From assembly GCA_946965045.2 (NCBI GenBank), contig OX337237.1:3286001-3350000 (forward strand): DNA of 64,000 nucleotides, in the 5' to 3' direction. Below are positions 63,791 through 64,000 of this stretch, in pieces (position 1 is the first letter of the stretch; every line of letters starts with the position of its first letter). The DNA comes from Epithemia pelagica (lineage: Eukaryota > Protista > Bacillariophyta). Position numbers and translations under genes: made by a program. The notes beneath the pieces are model-generated. The model made no database searches and was not told the DNA's origin. It was given only the letters and a program-made list of their open reading frames with translations.

Positions 63791-64000
63791 GTGGCGCGTT
63801 CGATTGCAATGGTCGTATGTGGTGTAATGGCTTACGTGTTGTGTGTTGCGGCACGTCCGTTGCGGGATGGACGGACTCGTGTCCGTGTCGGTGAAGTTGG
63901 GACGGCTGCACCTGCACTACAGAACGTCATCCGGGACTGATGAGGAGATCGATCGAATCGGATCGAATGGGATCGAAGGATATCGAATCCATGCTTGGAT

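Overview
Eukaryotic nuclear DNA, most likely a pennate diatom. This is inferred from short GT-AG introns (mostly 70-130 nt), a cyclase-phosphodiesterase fusion gene, a DUF6824-type gene, an HSF cluster, a DGDG synthase and AAC/CAA-rich low-complexity coding sequence. About 11 complete or near-complete protein genes can be reconstructed by hand-splicing the ORF track. They are a receptor-type cyclase-PDE (with a tandem paralogue running off the left edge), a TMEM185-like protein, a secreted Pro/Thr-repeat protein (with a truncated duplicate), a degenerate type III pantothenate-kinase-like/AT-hook/Tudor protein, a Patched/NPC1-like protein, a P450-fold protein, a DUF6824 protein, three HSFs and a DGD1-like enzyme. 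Three DNA transposons are delimited by TIRs and target-site duplications: a 5.0-kb decayed Mutator-like element, a 1.1-kb non-autonomous hAT-like element and a 230-bp MITE. The most unusual items are: (1) the MULE transposase carries an N-terminal GCM-type Zn domain and a probable C-terminal PARP-like Zn finger; (2) one HSF appears spliced to a C-terminal PAS-like domain; (3) the P450-fold protein lacks the heme-ligating Cys motif; (4) a pseudo-PanK-like domain is fused to chromatin-reader modules; (5) an intergenic octamer, TACTCCTA/TAGGAGTA, is over-represented. All domain calls are from motif recognition by eye; no searches were run.
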